DNA of 64,000 bases from an uncultured Muribaculaceae bacterium (GTDB taxonomy: Bacteria > Bacillota_I > Bacilli_A > RF39 > UBA660): contig CAZRJK010000001.1 in assembly GCA_964600615.1 (NCBI GenBank), positions 28,121 through 92,120 of the forward strand. The letters are read 5' to 3'. Numbering within the stretch: position 1 is the stretch's first letter; each line of letters starts with the position of its first letter. A program made the position numbers and the translations under genes. The notes beneath the pieces were generated by a model. It ran no database searches. It worked only from the letters and a program-made list of their open reading frames with translations, and was not told where the DNA came from. This document shows positions 18,207-28,795 of this stretch, piece after piece.

Positions 18207-19688
18207 ATGAAAAAAAATACTAAGTTTTTAATATCTTTAGTCTTCATTCTAACATTTTCAATAGTATTAATATCTACCATAAGAAAATTCACCCTAGCAG
18301 CAGATATAAATATAGCAAGTGAAGTATATAATATTGAAAATGAATATATAACAAACATATCACCACAAACTAGTATTTCTCTTTATAAAAAATATTTTGA
18401 TTTAGAAAACTGCTATTTAAAAGTAACAGATGATAATAATGAAGAAATAACTAGTGGCTATGTATATACTGGTAGTAATACTGTCGTTTATAATAATAAT
18501 CATACCATTATAAAAACATATAAAAATATCATAACAGGAGACATAAATAAAGATGGAGAAGTAGATAATAAAGATTTAAATATTGCTGCAAAATACCTAG
18601 TAAATAATAGTTTTACAAATTATTTAATTAAAGCTATGGATATAAATAAAGATAATCAAATAAAAATAAATGATTTAACTCTATTAGAAAAAAATCTTAA
18701 CTCTTCATATGAATCATTAACACTAAATACTGATAATATAACATTAATGTCAGGAGAAAAGAAAAGAATTATACCAACCATAAAACCAAGTATAATCCTA
18801 AATCAAAATCTAAACTGGCAAACGAATAATAACAGTGCTACTGTTGATGAAAGTGGCCTAATAACTGCTAATACCGAAGGAGAAACAATTATAACAGCAT
18901 CAACAAAAGATGGTACTAAAACCAAAACAATTCATGTAACTGTCGATAACACCCCATTACTTGTAACAAATAATATTAGCATCTATCGTGGTGGAAATCC
19001 AAGTAGAATAGACATAAAAGCCATTGATTATGATGAATTAACATGTTCTTCTGCTAATGAAAATATTGCAACTTGTGAACTTGATAACAAAGATTTAATC
19101 GTAAAATCAGTAAGTGATGGTAACACTAAAATAACTGTAACTAGTCCAAATTATGGATCAGTAGAATTAAATGTTGAAGTAATATTTACTTATTTTTCAC
19201 TATTCCCTAAAGCAGATTGTTTAAGATATAGAGAGAGTAAAGCTGGCGGAACTATAACAGGATATAATTTTGGAGAATTTAGTGTAAAAAATATAAGCGA
19301 TAGAGATATAATAACATATGCCTCAATAAATAGATATGGTATTTCTCTTACAGCAGGAGATAAAACAGGAGATGCCATCGTAACATTTACTGAAAGTAAT
19401 GGTAACAATGAAGTCAATTTTACAGCAAAAGTATATAAATTAGAATTAGCTAGTAAAAGTGGAACTACTAATTTAGCAACACCTATTAATATTGAAATTA
19501 CAAATGAAAATACTGGAAATCTAGCTTGTACAAGCAGTAACAACGATATAGCCACATGTAATATAAATAATAATATCTTAACCATAACTCCAGTAGCAGT
19601 AGGACAAGCAACAATAACAGTAACTGGTGACAAATGTGGAACTGCTACTTATAATTTAAATATAGATAATAGTATGGAGGTGGGATAA
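18207..19688 (+). CDS. Secreted protein with a dockerin-like Ca-binding repeat pair and Big_2 (bacterial Ig-like) domains
   Basis: Signal peptide; GDINKDGEVDNKDLNIAAKYL and MDINKDNQIKINDLTLLEKNL; Big_2-like ITLMSGEKKRI...GLITANTEGETIITAST. Confidence 0.55.
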   Translation: MKKNTKFLISLVFILTFSIVLISTIRKFTLAADINIASEVYNIENEYITNISPQTSISLYKKYFDLENCYLKVTDDNNEEITSGYVYTGSNTVVYNNNHTIIKTYKNIITGDINKDGEVDNKDLNIAAKYLVNNSFTNYLIKAMDINKDNQIKINDLTLLEKNLNSSYESLTLNTDNITLMSGEKKRIIPTIKPSIILNQNLNWQTNNNSATVDESGLITANTEGETIITASTKDGTKTKTIHVTVDNTPLLVTNNISIYRGGNPSRIDIKAIDYDELTCSSANENIATCELDNKDLIVKSVSDGNTKITVTSPNYGSVELNVEVIFTYFSLFPKADCLRYRESKAGGTITGYNFGEFSVKNISDRDIITYASINRYGISLTAGDKTGDAIVTFTESNGNNEVNFTAKVYKLELASKSGTTNLATPINIEITNENTGNLACTSSNNDIATCNINNNILTITPVAVGQATITVTGDKCGTATYNLNIDNSMEVG

Positions 19689-21019
19689 TGAAGAAAATAA
19701 CACTTCTAATACTAATGTTAATACCAATAAAAATAAATGCTGAAACATTAACTACAACTATAAATTGTCCTGAAAAAGCCAAACCAGAAACCATAATATC
19801 TTGTACCATAACTACAACCGCTACTAGTCCTTTAAATGGTTTAAAACTAAATCATAATCTAGATAACAATTTAACATATCAAAAAACAAGTATAAATAAT
19901 AATTGGAAAACATACTATAAGGACAAAAATGGACTAGCCATAACCAAATTAAACAACACCGAAAAAGAAATAATAAACATTGAATTATACTTTAAAACTC
20001 CAAAATTAAACACAACTAACAATACATATACTATAAATCTAACCAATATAGAAGCAAGCAATAATAATTATGATTTATTAACAAGTAGCAATATATCTAA
20101 ACAAATAACGGTTGTATCAGATGATAATTCCTTATCAAATCTAACTATAACTAATGCTTCCCTAACAAGTAATTTTAACAAAAATAAATTAGATTATGAA
20201 GGAACAACTAACGATAATAACATCACGATAAATGCTACACCAACTGATAAAAACGCTAAAGTAACAGGACACACTGGTAATCAAACAGCAAATTATGGTT
20301 CTAATATCTATACCATAACCGTAACCAGTCCATTAGGAAACATTAGAAATTATACTATAACAATAATAAGACAACTACCTAAATCAAAAAATAGTGAAGA
20401 AACTAATCCTACCCTAAAGAATATTGAAATAGAAGGATCTTCAATTAATTTTAAACAAGATAAATATAATTATGAAATAGAAGTACCTAATAATCAAACA
20501 ACTATAGATTTAAGTGCTCTACCTTTTGCAAAAGATTCAAAAGTAGAAATAGATAAACCTGATTATTTAAAAGAAGGAAATAATATAATTACTATAACTG
20601 TAACATCAAAAGATGGAACAGTATGCAAATATACTATTAATGTAATAAGAAAAAAATTATCAAGTGATACTACTATAAAGAAAATAATAATAGATAATTA
20701 CAAATTAAATATTAAAGAAAATATTTATAATTATGAACTTAAAATAAAAGAAGAAAACAAACTAAATATAAAAGTAATATTAAATGATGATAAAGCAACA
20801 TATACAATAGAAGGAAATAAAGATTTAAAAACAGGAAGTATAATCACTATCAAAGTAACCGCAGAAGACAAAACAACAGAAGAATATAACATTGAAATAA
20901 TCAAAGAAAAAATAAGTGATAAGAATCTATTAGAAAATAAAAGATTATTAATAATAACCAGCATATTACTTATATTAACATCTTCTATAGCCTTAATAGG
21001 AAAAAGAATAAAGAAATAA
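19688..21019 (+). CDS. Surface protein with cadherin-like beta-sandwich repeats and a C-terminal transmembrane anchor
   Basis: Signal peptide; three repeats of the LSNLTI..A.L...F......Y.......I.I.A...D..A.V pattern; hydrophobic C-terminus followed by KRIKK. Confidence 0.5.
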   Translation: MKKITLLILMLIPIKINAETLTTTINCPEKAKPETIISCTITTTATSPLNGLKLNHNLDNNLTYQKTSINNNWKTYYKDKNGLAITKLNNTEKEIINIELYFKTPKLNTTNNTYTINLTNIEASNNNYDLLTSSNISKQITVVSDDNSLSNLTITNASLTSNFNKNKLDYEGTTNDNNITINATPTDKNAKVTGHTGNQTANYGSNIYTITVTSPLGNIRNYTITIIRQLPKSKNSEETNPTLKNIEIEGSSINFKQDKYNYEIEVPNNQTTIDLSALPFAKDSKVEIDKPDYLKEGNNIITITVTSKDGTVCKYTINVIRKKLSSDTTIKKIIIDNYKLNIKENIYNYELKIKEENKLNIKVILNDDKATYTIEGNKDLKTGSIITIKVTAEDKTTEEYNIEIIKEKISDKNLLENKRLLIITSILLILTSSIALIGKRIKK

Positions 21020-21071
21020 TATTCTTTTTCTTTTATTTTAAATATAGTATAATATATATAGAGGTGATACA

Positions 21072-22457
21072 ATGCCAAACATATATGTAAAAGATATTAT
21101 AAACAAATTTAATGGTAAATTATTAGTAGGAGATGAAAATTTAATCTTAGAAAACATCTCTAAAGATACAAGAACTATAAATAAAGGAGATATCTATATT
21201 GGAATCAAAGGAGAAACCTTTGATGGTAATAAGTATTACCAAGAAGCATTAGATAAAGGAGCAATTTGCTGTATCTTAGATAATATAGATGAAGTAGATA
21301 TATCAAAATATCAAGATAAAACTATAGTAAAAGTAGATAATACCATTAAATGCCTTCAAGAATTAGCAGAATATAAAAGAAGTTTGTATAATATTCCTGT
21401 AATAGCAGTAACAGGTTCAGTAGGTAAAACTAGTACTAAAGATATAATCTATGAAGTAGTAAAAACCAAGTATAAAACCCTAAAAACAGAAGGAAACCAA
21501 AATAATCATATTGGCCTTCCTCTAACTATATTAAAACTAAAAGATGAAGAAGCTTTAGTCACTGAAATGGGAATGAATCACTTAGGAGAATTATCAGTAC
21601 TAGCAAATATTGTAAAACCAACTATAGCAGTAATAACTAATATTGGTACTGCTCATATAGGTAACTTAGGTTCAAGAGAAAATATCTTAAAAGCCAAATT
21701 AGAAATAACAGAACCACTATCAAAAGAAAACACTTTAATAATAAATAACGATAATGACTTATTACATAAAGAATATGATAAATTAAAAGATAAATATAAT
21801 ATAATTACTATAGGAATAGATAATAAAAGTAATTATAACGCTACTAACATCAAAGATAATATCTTCTCAAGTACTTTTAATATTGATAACGATAATATAA
21901 ACATAAACGTAGGAAGTACAGCTTTTATCTATAATTCCTTAGTAGCTTATGCTGTAGGAAAACAATTAAATATTGATAGTACTAATATAATAAAAGCCAT
22001 AAATAACTTCAAACTAAGCCCTCATAGATTAGAAAAAATAGAAATAGATAATAACATTACATTAATAGATGATACCTATAATGCTAATCTAGATTCTATG
22101 TTAAATTCCTTATCAATTTTAAGTAAAGTAAAAGATAGAAGAAGAGTAGCTATCTTAGGAGATATCTTAGAATTAGGTAGTTATTCTGAAGAAATACATA
22201 GAAATATAGGGAAAAGTATAACTAAAGATAATCTAGATATTCTAATAACTATAGGAAACGATTCTAATTATATAAAAGAAGAAGCTATAAATAATAGCTT
22301 CCCTAAAGATAAAATATATTCATTTAATAATTATCAAGAATCATTAAAAGAAATACATAATATTCTAAAAGAAAATGATATAGTCCTACTAAAAGCATCT
22401 CATGGTATGGAACTAACTAAAATAGTAGATTATTTAAAAGGAGAAAGCAATGTTTAA
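21072..22457 (+). CDS. murF: UDP-N-acetylmuramoyl-tripeptide--D-alanyl-D-alanine ligase
   Basis: VIAVTGSVGKTSTKD P-loop and Mur ligase layout; 461 aa. Confidence 0.85.
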   Translation: MPNIYVKDIINKFNGKLLVGDENLILENISKDTRTINKGDIYIGIKGETFDGNKYYQEALDKGAICCILDNIDEVDISKYQDKTIVKVDNTIKCLQELAEYKRSLYNIPVIAVTGSVGKTSTKDIIYEVVKTKYKTLKTEGNQNNHIGLPLTILKLKDEEALVTEMGMNHLGELSVLANIVKPTIAVITNIGTAHIGNLGSRENILKAKLEITEPLSKENTLIINNDNDLLHKEYDKLKDKYNIITIGIDNKSNYNATNIKDNIFSSTFNIDNDNININVGSTAFIYNSLVAYAVGKQLNIDSTNIIKAINNFKLSPHRLEKIEIDNNITLIDDTYNANLDSMLNSLSILSKVKDRRRVAILGDILELGSYSEEIHRNIGKSITKDNLDILITIGNDSNYIKEEAINNSFPKDKIYSFNNYQESLKEIHNILKENDIVLLKASHGMELTKIVDYLKGESNV

Positions 22458-22480
22458 TATATTTAAGAAAAAAGAAAATA
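22436..22480 (+). repeat. Junction repeat copy 1 (KGESNV-stop / RBS / MFNIFKKKE start)
   Basis: aaaggagaaagcaatgtttaatatatttaa plus following A-rich codons, about 90% identical to 22981-23025. Confidence 0.8.
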
Positions 22481-23001
22481 ATAATATTGAAAGTACAATT
22501 ATAAATGATCTACAATATAATAAAGAATATAATCAATATACAGGAACTTCTTACATAAATAAATTTAATAAAGAATGCAACATAACAATAGAATCAAATG
22601 ATATAGAATATGCTGAAAAATGTATAAAATTTATCAATAATGAAGAATCAAATACTATATTTGAAGCAATATATGAATCATTAGTACTATATTGTAAATC
22701 ATACTTAGAAGAATATAACGATATTAATATTCCTAAAGACATATCAGGTAAAGATATCCTAAACTATTTAAGTGAAGAAACAATTTGCATATTTGATAAC
22801 AAAGATAACAAAATAGGCTTTAATATCACTGGTAATTGTACATGGGAAGAAGAACATGGTTTTATCATAGTAGTAAATGATGAAAAAGTAAAATATGTTG
22901 GTGAACATGGAAATCTATATTATCCATGGGAAGATTTAAGTCAAGAATCACATAACTTTGCCACAAATAATAAAGAGAATAAAGGAGAAAGCAATGTTTA
23001 A
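22450..23001 (+). CDS. Hypothetical protein (183 aa), possibly an inserted immunity-like cassette
   Basis: Starts MFNIFKKKE and ends KGESNV, the same termini as its neighbours; internal CTWEEEHG motif. Confidence 0.5.
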   Translation: MFNIFKKKENNNIESTIINDLQYNKEYNQYTGTSYINKFNKECNITIESNDIEYAEKCIKFINNEESNTIFEAIYESLVLYCKSYLEEYNDINIPKDISGKDILNYLSEETICIFDNKDNKIGFNITGNCTWEEEHGFIIVVNDEKVKYVGEHGNLYYPWEDLSQESHNFATNNKENKGESNV

Positions 23002-23025
23002 TATATTTAAAAAAAAAGAAAAGAA
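22981..23025 (+). repeat. Junction repeat copy 2
   Basis: See copy 1. Confidence 0.8.
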
Positions 23026-23641
23026 TAGTATTGAAAACAATAATGTAAACAATCAACAATATAATAATAATCTTTTAAATGAATTTCTTAACAAATTTCC
23101 CCCATCACAAGACCTAATAAAACCAGATGAAAACATCATAAATAAATATAAAGATAAACTACCACAAGAAATAATTGATCTATGGAAGAATTATGGTTTC
23201 GGTAATTATGGAGATGGACTAATTAAAGTAATTAATCCTGATGATTATCTAGATAATCTATTTACATGGTTAGGAAAAGAATATGATAATTATGTTCCTA
23301 TTATGATAACTGCCTTTGGAGATATATTTTATTATCGAAAACTAACGGATACCGAAAACGATATCTGTATGCTTAGTATCCATTATAGAGATATAATTAC
23401 TTGTACTTATTCATATCAAGAATTCTTTGAAACATACATAGTTAAAGATGAAATTATAAAAGAATTATTAAAAAAAGAATTATTTAATGAAGCCATAAAC
23501 AAATTAGGAAAATTAACATCCGAAGAAATATATTACTTTGTACCCGCTCTTTGCCTAGGTGGTGGAGAAAATATTAAATATATAGATAAAGGAAAAGCAA
23601 CAGTTCACCAAAACATCCTATTTCAATTAGGCAATAAATAA
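22994..23641 (+). CDS. Hypothetical protein (215 aa), immunity-protein-like (GAD-like/DUF1851- or SUKH-like, weak)
   Basis: The internal ATG carries the same RBS as the upstream gene; YGFGNYGDGLIKVINPDDY and AFGDIFYY motifs. Confidence 0.45.
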   Translation: MFNIFKKKEKNSIENNNVNNQQYNNNLLNEFLNKFPPSQDLIKPDENIINKYKDKLPQEIIDLWKNYGFGNYGDGLIKVINPDDYLDNLFTWLGKEYDNYVPIMITAFGDIFYYRKLTDTENDICMLSIHYRDIITCTYSYQEFFETYIVKDEIIKELLKKELFNEAINKLGKLTSEEIYYFVPALCLGGGENIKYIDKGKATVHQNILFQLGNK

Positions 23642-23664
23642 TAATATATACATAAACAAGTATT

Positions 23665-23675
23665 TATGATATAAT
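23665..23675 (+). promoter_or_regulatory. Extended -10 promoter TATGATATAAT
   Basis: 24 nt before the ATG at 23699. Confidence 0.5.
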
Positions 23676-23698
23676 TAATCAAAATAAGAGGTGTAAAT

Positions 23699-25405
23699 AT
23701 GAATGAAGCAGGGTTAAGTAGATTAATTGAAAATGCTGGATTAACAGCAGATGCATTAAATATAGAAGATAAAAATAAAAATAGAATCAGGAATGCTAAA
23801 GGTGAAGCAGAAAAAATTGAAGATTTAACAAAAGATTTATATATTCTACAAATAATTAGAGAGGAATTAGCTAAAATTCCAGAGTCAAGAACCACTGGTA
23901 GAAATATATTTCTTCAAAGAGAACAAACATCATTAGAGTTTGCTAGAGGAATGTCACAAAACATGTCACAAAAACAAGAAGAATTAACTAAAAACGTAGA
24001 AAAAGAACTAAATAGGGCAAGAGTAATGGAAGATAATCTATTTGAAAAAGTAAGACATCCAAGTCCCTATGGAGTTCCTTTAACCATAAATAAAAGAATA
24101 TTAAACGAATTAGATAAAAATAAATCTATTCAAAAATATAGTAAAAGTGAAGAAGCAGCAGTAAAGACTCTATTACCAGGACACAGCCAAATAATATTAA
24201 CAAGTAATCCTAATAATCAAGTAAGACAGAGCTTAGCTGCCTATAAAAGAGTAATAGAAGCAAAATTTAAAAATGAAAAAGAAGGCCTAACTAAACCAGA
24301 ATATAGTAGTACATCTCCAAATATTGATGCTGAATATACTACCTTTTTAAATAATGATATAACAAAGATAGATGAAAGAATAAAAAATCTAGCAGCATAT
24401 CATCCTCTAGCAGATACAACAAGATTAAAAAATATGCGAAATGAAATAGCAACAGTATCAAAACAATTCTATGAATTAAAGAAAAATAGAATAATTATAG
24501 ATAGATTAATAAATTTAGCAACCCAAATGAGTAATGGACAAAAAGAACAACTAATAATAAAATTAGAAAAAGAAAAGAAAGAAATTGATAAAAATATCAA
24601 TTTATTACAAGATAGATTAGCAGTAGTTAAACAAAACTTTGAAGCAGAATTTAAAAAAGTAGAAGAATACGCTATTAACTTAGAAAATACAAAAAAAACA
24701 ACAAGGCAAGAAGAACAACCAGCAAAAAAAGTAGTATTTAATCCAGATGTAAAAAAATATACCAGTGGTAAAAGAAAAAATGATATTAAAGAACTTAAAG
24801 AAGCAAGAGAACAATTATTAGCGAATAAAGATAAAATTGAAGAACCAAAAAGAACCCCACAAGAACAAAAAAAGATGTATGAAAAATATAAAGAAGCAAG
24901 AGATATTTTTGATAATTTGCAAAAATCAAAAGGACAATTTAAAAATGACGAAGTATTTAAACAACATGTAGTATCAAAATTAGGGAAATATGGTTCTACC
25001 TATGAAGAAATAGTGGAAAATCTAAGTACTATAAGAGATAGTTTAGAAGTAACAGCTCAAATAAGACAAATAATGAACGAAGTAAGATCTGAATATAAAT
25101 CTTATGAAGAAATGACCAAAGAAGAAGCAAATGGCTTAACTAGTATAGAAAATAAGATAATTGGTAGATTACTCACTACAAGAGAAAATGGAAACATATC
25201 AGAAGAATTAAAGGCTGAAATAGAGTACTATGTTAAAAAACATGGAGAATTAGAAAGTGATTTAAAACCTGCTTACTTAAATAAACAAAACTATGAAAAA
25301 GAAACCTATCAAAAAATAGTAGATAAACTAAAAATAGATAACTATATCAACACAGAATTACTTGATGAAGTAGGACTAGTAACTGAATCAAAAAGATCTA
25401 GATAA
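23699..25405 (+). CDS. Large charged coiled-coil protein (568 aa), function unknown
   Basis: K/E-rich heptad-like sequence throughout; no transmembrane helix and no catalytic motif. Confidence 0.4.
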   Translation: MNEAGLSRLIENAGLTADALNIEDKNKNRIRNAKGEAEKIEDLTKDLYILQIIREELAKIPESRTTGRNIFLQREQTSLEFARGMSQNMSQKQEELTKNVEKELNRARVMEDNLFEKVRHPSPYGVPLTINKRILNELDKNKSIQKYSKSEEAAVKTLLPGHSQIILTSNPNNQVRQSLAAYKRVIEAKFKNEKEGLTKPEYSSTSPNIDAEYTTFLNNDITKIDERIKNLAAYHPLADTTRLKNMRNEIATVSKQFYELKKNRIIIDRLINLATQMSNGQKEQLIIKLEKEKKEIDKNINLLQDRLAVVKQNFEAEFKKVEEYAINLENTKKTTRQEEQPAKKVVFNPDVKKYTSGKRKNDIKELKEAREQLLANKDKIEEPKRTPQEQKKMYEKYKEARDIFDNLQKSKGQFKNDEVFKQHVVSKLGKYGSTYEEIVENLSTIRDSLEVTAQIRQIMNEVRSEYKSYEEMTKEEANGLTSIENKIIGRLLTTRENGNISEELKAEIEYYVKKHGELESDLKPAYLNKQNYEKETYQKIVDKLKIDNYINTELLDEVGLVTESKRSR

Positions 25406-25431
25406 AGAGTAATATATTTACTCTTTTTTTA
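25406..25431 (+). terminator. Rho-independent terminator
   Basis: agagtaa / ttactct stem plus T7. Confidence 0.6.
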
Positions 25432-25573
25432 CATTAAAATTTACAAAAACAAATGTAAAATCTAAATTACAGATATCCTTATATTAATACTATTAAGTTT
25501 TTATAACCGTAAAAAAAATGTCTAATTTATTTATTTTCTTTTCCTTTTATTATATAATTATTATGGTGAGAAT

Positions 25574-26623
25574 ATGGAAAATAAGTCCCCAATAATAATG
25601 AATATATCCAGTATGGAAGATATTAATAAATTAAAAAATACCCCTAGTGTAAAATATCTAAATATTAATATAGATAAACCAAATCTAGAAGTAATATATC
25701 ATCTAATAGATAATGGTAAAGACTATTCTTATGCCGAATTAATAGATGATAAAAAAGGATATATCTACGTCCCATATGAAATCTTTAAAGAAGGAGAATT
25801 AGAAATACTAGATATAATTAATAATATTCCCACTAATTTAAATGAATTAGAAATAGCAAGATTTTTATATATAACCCTAGGAAAAAAAATAGGATATGAT
25901 ATAAATATCCTACCAGAAAAAAATGAAACATTTAATTTAAAAACAATTAATACAATTAATAATATCTGGGGATGTCTTAATAATAAAAAAGGAACTAATA
26001 CATCTTTTACTAAATTATACCTATATTTATGTAGAATGATGAATATTAATTGTGAAATAGTAAAAGTAAATAATATTAATTATTCAAAAAATCTAATTAG
26101 TATCAAAGAAAAACAAATATTGACTGATATAACTCAGGACATACCATTAATTCAAGCAGGATTTAGAACTAAAAACTTTATTGGATACAACGATAACATT
26201 GAATTAGATAGAAAAATTAATTACATCAAAGATACCTATAATGAAGAGAAAATAGAATATTCCCTAAAAAATATTGATTATAGCAAAGAAGATGCTATAG
26301 AAAACATTCTTCTAAGAACTCAACAAATAATTAACATAAATAATATAAAACCAATTGAATTAGGTATAATTTATGATATAATATTTGAGAAATACTGTCC
26401 TAATTATAACATTTATATTAATAATCTATTTGTAAATGAAAACTACAATAAAGAACATTTTATTTTAATAAGTTACAATGATAAATGCTATAGTTATAAT
26501 TACAATAAATCATCATTTATGAAAATATCATATGATGAAATATTAAAAAATATTGAAGAAAAGAAAATAGGTATTTATCTCAATGAAGAATTACCTAGAA
26601 TAAACAAAGAAAAAGTTATCTAA
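25574..26623 (+). CDS. Transglutaminase-like (papain-fold Cys protease) domain protein, tentative
   Basis: GCLNNKKGTNTSFTKLYLYLCRMMNINCEIVKV resembles the transglutaminase core G.C..FA.L...L.R..GIPAR.V. Confidence 0.35.
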   Translation: MENKSPIIMNISSMEDINKLKNTPSVKYLNINIDKPNLEVIYHLIDNGKDYSYAELIDDKKGYIYVPYEIFKEGELEILDIINNIPTNLNELEIARFLYITLGKKIGYDINILPEKNETFNLKTINTINNIWGCLNNKKGTNTSFTKLYLYLCRMMNINCEIVKVNNINYSKNLISIKEKQILTDITQDIPLIQAGFRTKNFIGYNDNIELDRKINYIKDTYNEEKIEYSLKNIDYSKEDAIENILLRTQQIININNIKPIELGIIYDIIFEKYCPNYNIYINNLFVNENYNKEHFILISYNDKCYSYNYNKSSFMKISYDEILKNIEEKKIGIYLNEELPRINKEKVI

Positions 26624-26657
26624 TGACTTTTTTCTTTATCATGAAAGGAGTACTAAT

Positions 26658-28751
26658 ATGAATATAAATGATTTAAATGATAAACAACAAGAAGCTGTTA
26701 TACATGATAAGGGACCTATGTTAGTACTAGCAGGAGCAGGATCCGGTAAAACTAAAGTCTTAACCTCAAGAATAGCTAATTTAATAGATAAAGGAGTATC
26801 ACCTGCTAATATTTTAGCAATCACTTTTACCAATAAAGCTGCCAAAGAAATGAAAGAAAGAGTAAGAAGAATTATTGGTAATGATGCTAATTATATCCAA
26901 ATTTCAACATTCCATTCCCTAGGATTAAAAATAATAAAAGAAAACTATGAATTCTTAGGTTATCAAAAAAATTTCATTATCCTAGACAGTGATGATACCC
27001 TAACTGTAGTAAAAAAACTAATGAAAGATTTAAATATGAATCCCAAATTCTATAGCGCTAGGGATATTAGAAATAAAATAAGCTCTGCAAAAAATGAATT
27101 AATAACACCTAATGAATTTAAAAAAATAGAATTTGATTATAAAGTAGTAGAACTATATAAACAATATTGTGACAAATTAAAAAAAGGTAATTCTGTAGAT
27201 TTTGATGATTTACTATTATTACCAATAAAATTATTTAAAGAAAGTACAAATATCTTAACTAATTATCAAGAAAGATATAAATATATCTTAATAGATGAAT
27301 ATCAAGATACCAATGAAGCTCAATATATCTTTAGTAAAATGTTAGCTAGTAAATATAAAAATATCTTTGTTGTAGGAGATAACGATCAAGCAATCTATGC
27401 CTTTAGAGGAGCTAATTTTAGAAACATCTTAAACTTTGAAAAAGATTATCCGGATTGTAAAATAATCTTACTAGAAGAAAACTATCGCTCTACTCAAACT
27501 ATTTTAAATGCTGCTAACTCCGTAATAAAACACAATAAACAAAGAAAAGATAAAAAATTATGGAGTAATAACGATATAGGTAATAAAGTAAAATATATAA
27601 AAACAGATGATGAAAAATCCGAAGGAGATTTCGTTACAAAAGAAATAAAAGAATTAATAAACGATAATAAAACCACTTATGACGACATAGCGGTCTTATA
27701 TAGAACTAACGCTCAATCAAGAGCCATAGAAGAAGCTATGCTAAAAGCTAATATTCCTTATAAAATAATAGGTAGTTTCTACTTCTATAACAGAAAAGAA
27801 ATAAAAGACTTATTATGCTATTTAAGATTAATAAATAACCCTAACGATGATACCAGCCTAACTAGAGTAATAAACGTACCAAAAAGAGGAATAGGAGATA
27901 AAACCATAGGAAATATAACAGCAGTAGCAGAAAAAGAGAATACTTCCATGTTTGATGCTATCAAAAGAGGTAAAGAATTAATCTTCAAAGAAATAATCTT
28001 ATCATTACAAGAATCATGTAAAAATCTATCCTTAACTGAAATGGTAGATGAAATATTAGATAAAAGTGGTATCAAAGAAGAATTATTAAAAGAAAAAACA
28101 TTAGAAAGTGAAATAAGATTAGAAAACCTAGAAGAATTTAAATCAATAACTAAAAACTATGAAGATGAATACGGAGAAATATCTCTAGATGATTTCCTAA
28201 ATGAAATATCTTTAGTATCAGATGTTACAGAACATACAGATGGTACCAATAAAGTAAGTCTAATGACAGTTCATGCTGTCAAAGGTTTAGAATTTGATTA
28301 TGTCTTTGTAATAGGAATGGAAGAAGGAATATTTCCTCACTACAATTCCATAAATGAAGGAACAAATGATGCCATCGAAGAAGAAAGAAGATTATGTTAT
28401 GTAGCCATAACCAGAGCAAAAAAAGACTTATGGCTAATAAACTGTAAAAAAAGATTACTATATGGACAAAACCAAGTAAATGCCCCAAGTAGATTTATTG
28501 ATGAAATAGACCCTAAATATCTAGATTATGAAAAACAAACAACATCAATCTTTACTAAAGTAAACAATCTAAAGGAATCTATGTTAAAGAAAACTATAGA
28601 TAATTACCAAATAGGTGATAACGTAAAACATACTGATTATGGTGAAGGAGTAGTAGTTAATATTGATAAATCATTAATTACTATAGCCTTTCCACATCCA
28701 ATTGGTACAAAAAAGTTTATCAAGAATCACAGAAGTATAACAAAAATATAA
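26658..28751 (+). CDS. pcrA: ATP-dependent DNA helicase PcrA/UvrD
   Basis: AGAGSGKTKVLTSRIANLI Walker A, DEYQDTN, VGDNDQAIYAFRGA, TVHAVKGLEFD motifs. Confidence 0.9.
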   Translation: MNINDLNDKQQEAVIHDKGPMLVLAGAGSGKTKVLTSRIANLIDKGVSPANILAITFTNKAAKEMKERVRRIIGNDANYIQISTFHSLGLKIIKENYEFLGYQKNFIILDSDDTLTVVKKLMKDLNMNPKFYSARDIRNKISSAKNELITPNEFKKIEFDYKVVELYKQYCDKLKKGNSVDFDDLLLLPIKLFKESTNILTNYQERYKYILIDEYQDTNEAQYIFSKMLASKYKNIFVVGDNDQAIYAFRGANFRNILNFEKDYPDCKIILLEENYRSTQTILNAANSVIKHNKQRKDKKLWSNNDIGNKVKYIKTDDEKSEGDFVTKEIKELINDNKTTYDDIAVLYRTNAQSRAIEEAMLKANIPYKIIGSFYFYNRKEIKDLLCYLRLINNPNDDTSLTRVINVPKRGIGDKTIGNITAVAEKENTSMFDAIKRGKELIFKEIILSLQESCKNLSLTEMVDEILDKSGIKEELLKEKTLESEIRLENLEEFKSITKNYEDEYGEISLDDFLNEISLVSDVTEHTDGTNKVSLMTVHAVKGLEFDYVFVIGMEEGIFPHYNSINEGTNDAIEEERRLCYVAITRAKKDLWLINCKKRLLYGQNQVNAPSRFIDEIDPKYLDYEKQTTSIFTKVNNLKESMLKKTIDNYQIGDNVKHTDYGEGVVVNIDKSLITIAFPHPIGTKKFIKNHRSITKI

Positions 28752-28754
28752 AAA

Positions 28755-28787
28755 AGAAAGAAAATATAATTTTCTTCTTTTTTTTTA
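28755..28787 (+). terminator. Rho-independent terminator
   Basis: agaaagaaaat / attttcttct stem plus T9. Confidence 0.6.
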
Positions 28788-28795
28788 TACCATTT

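Noticed and set aside
18520-18690. Interpreting the dockerin-like module as evidence of a cellulosome
   Set aside because: No cohesin, scaffoldin or glycoside hydrolase genes are present in the window. Calcium-binding dockerin-like repeats occur widely in non-cellulolytic surface proteins.
22958-22993. Upstream start (MPQIIKRIKEKA...) for the second MFNIFKKKE gene
   Set aside because: The internal ATG at 22994 has the identical RBS and N-terminus as the neighbouring gene. The extension merely reads through the preceding gene's 3' end.
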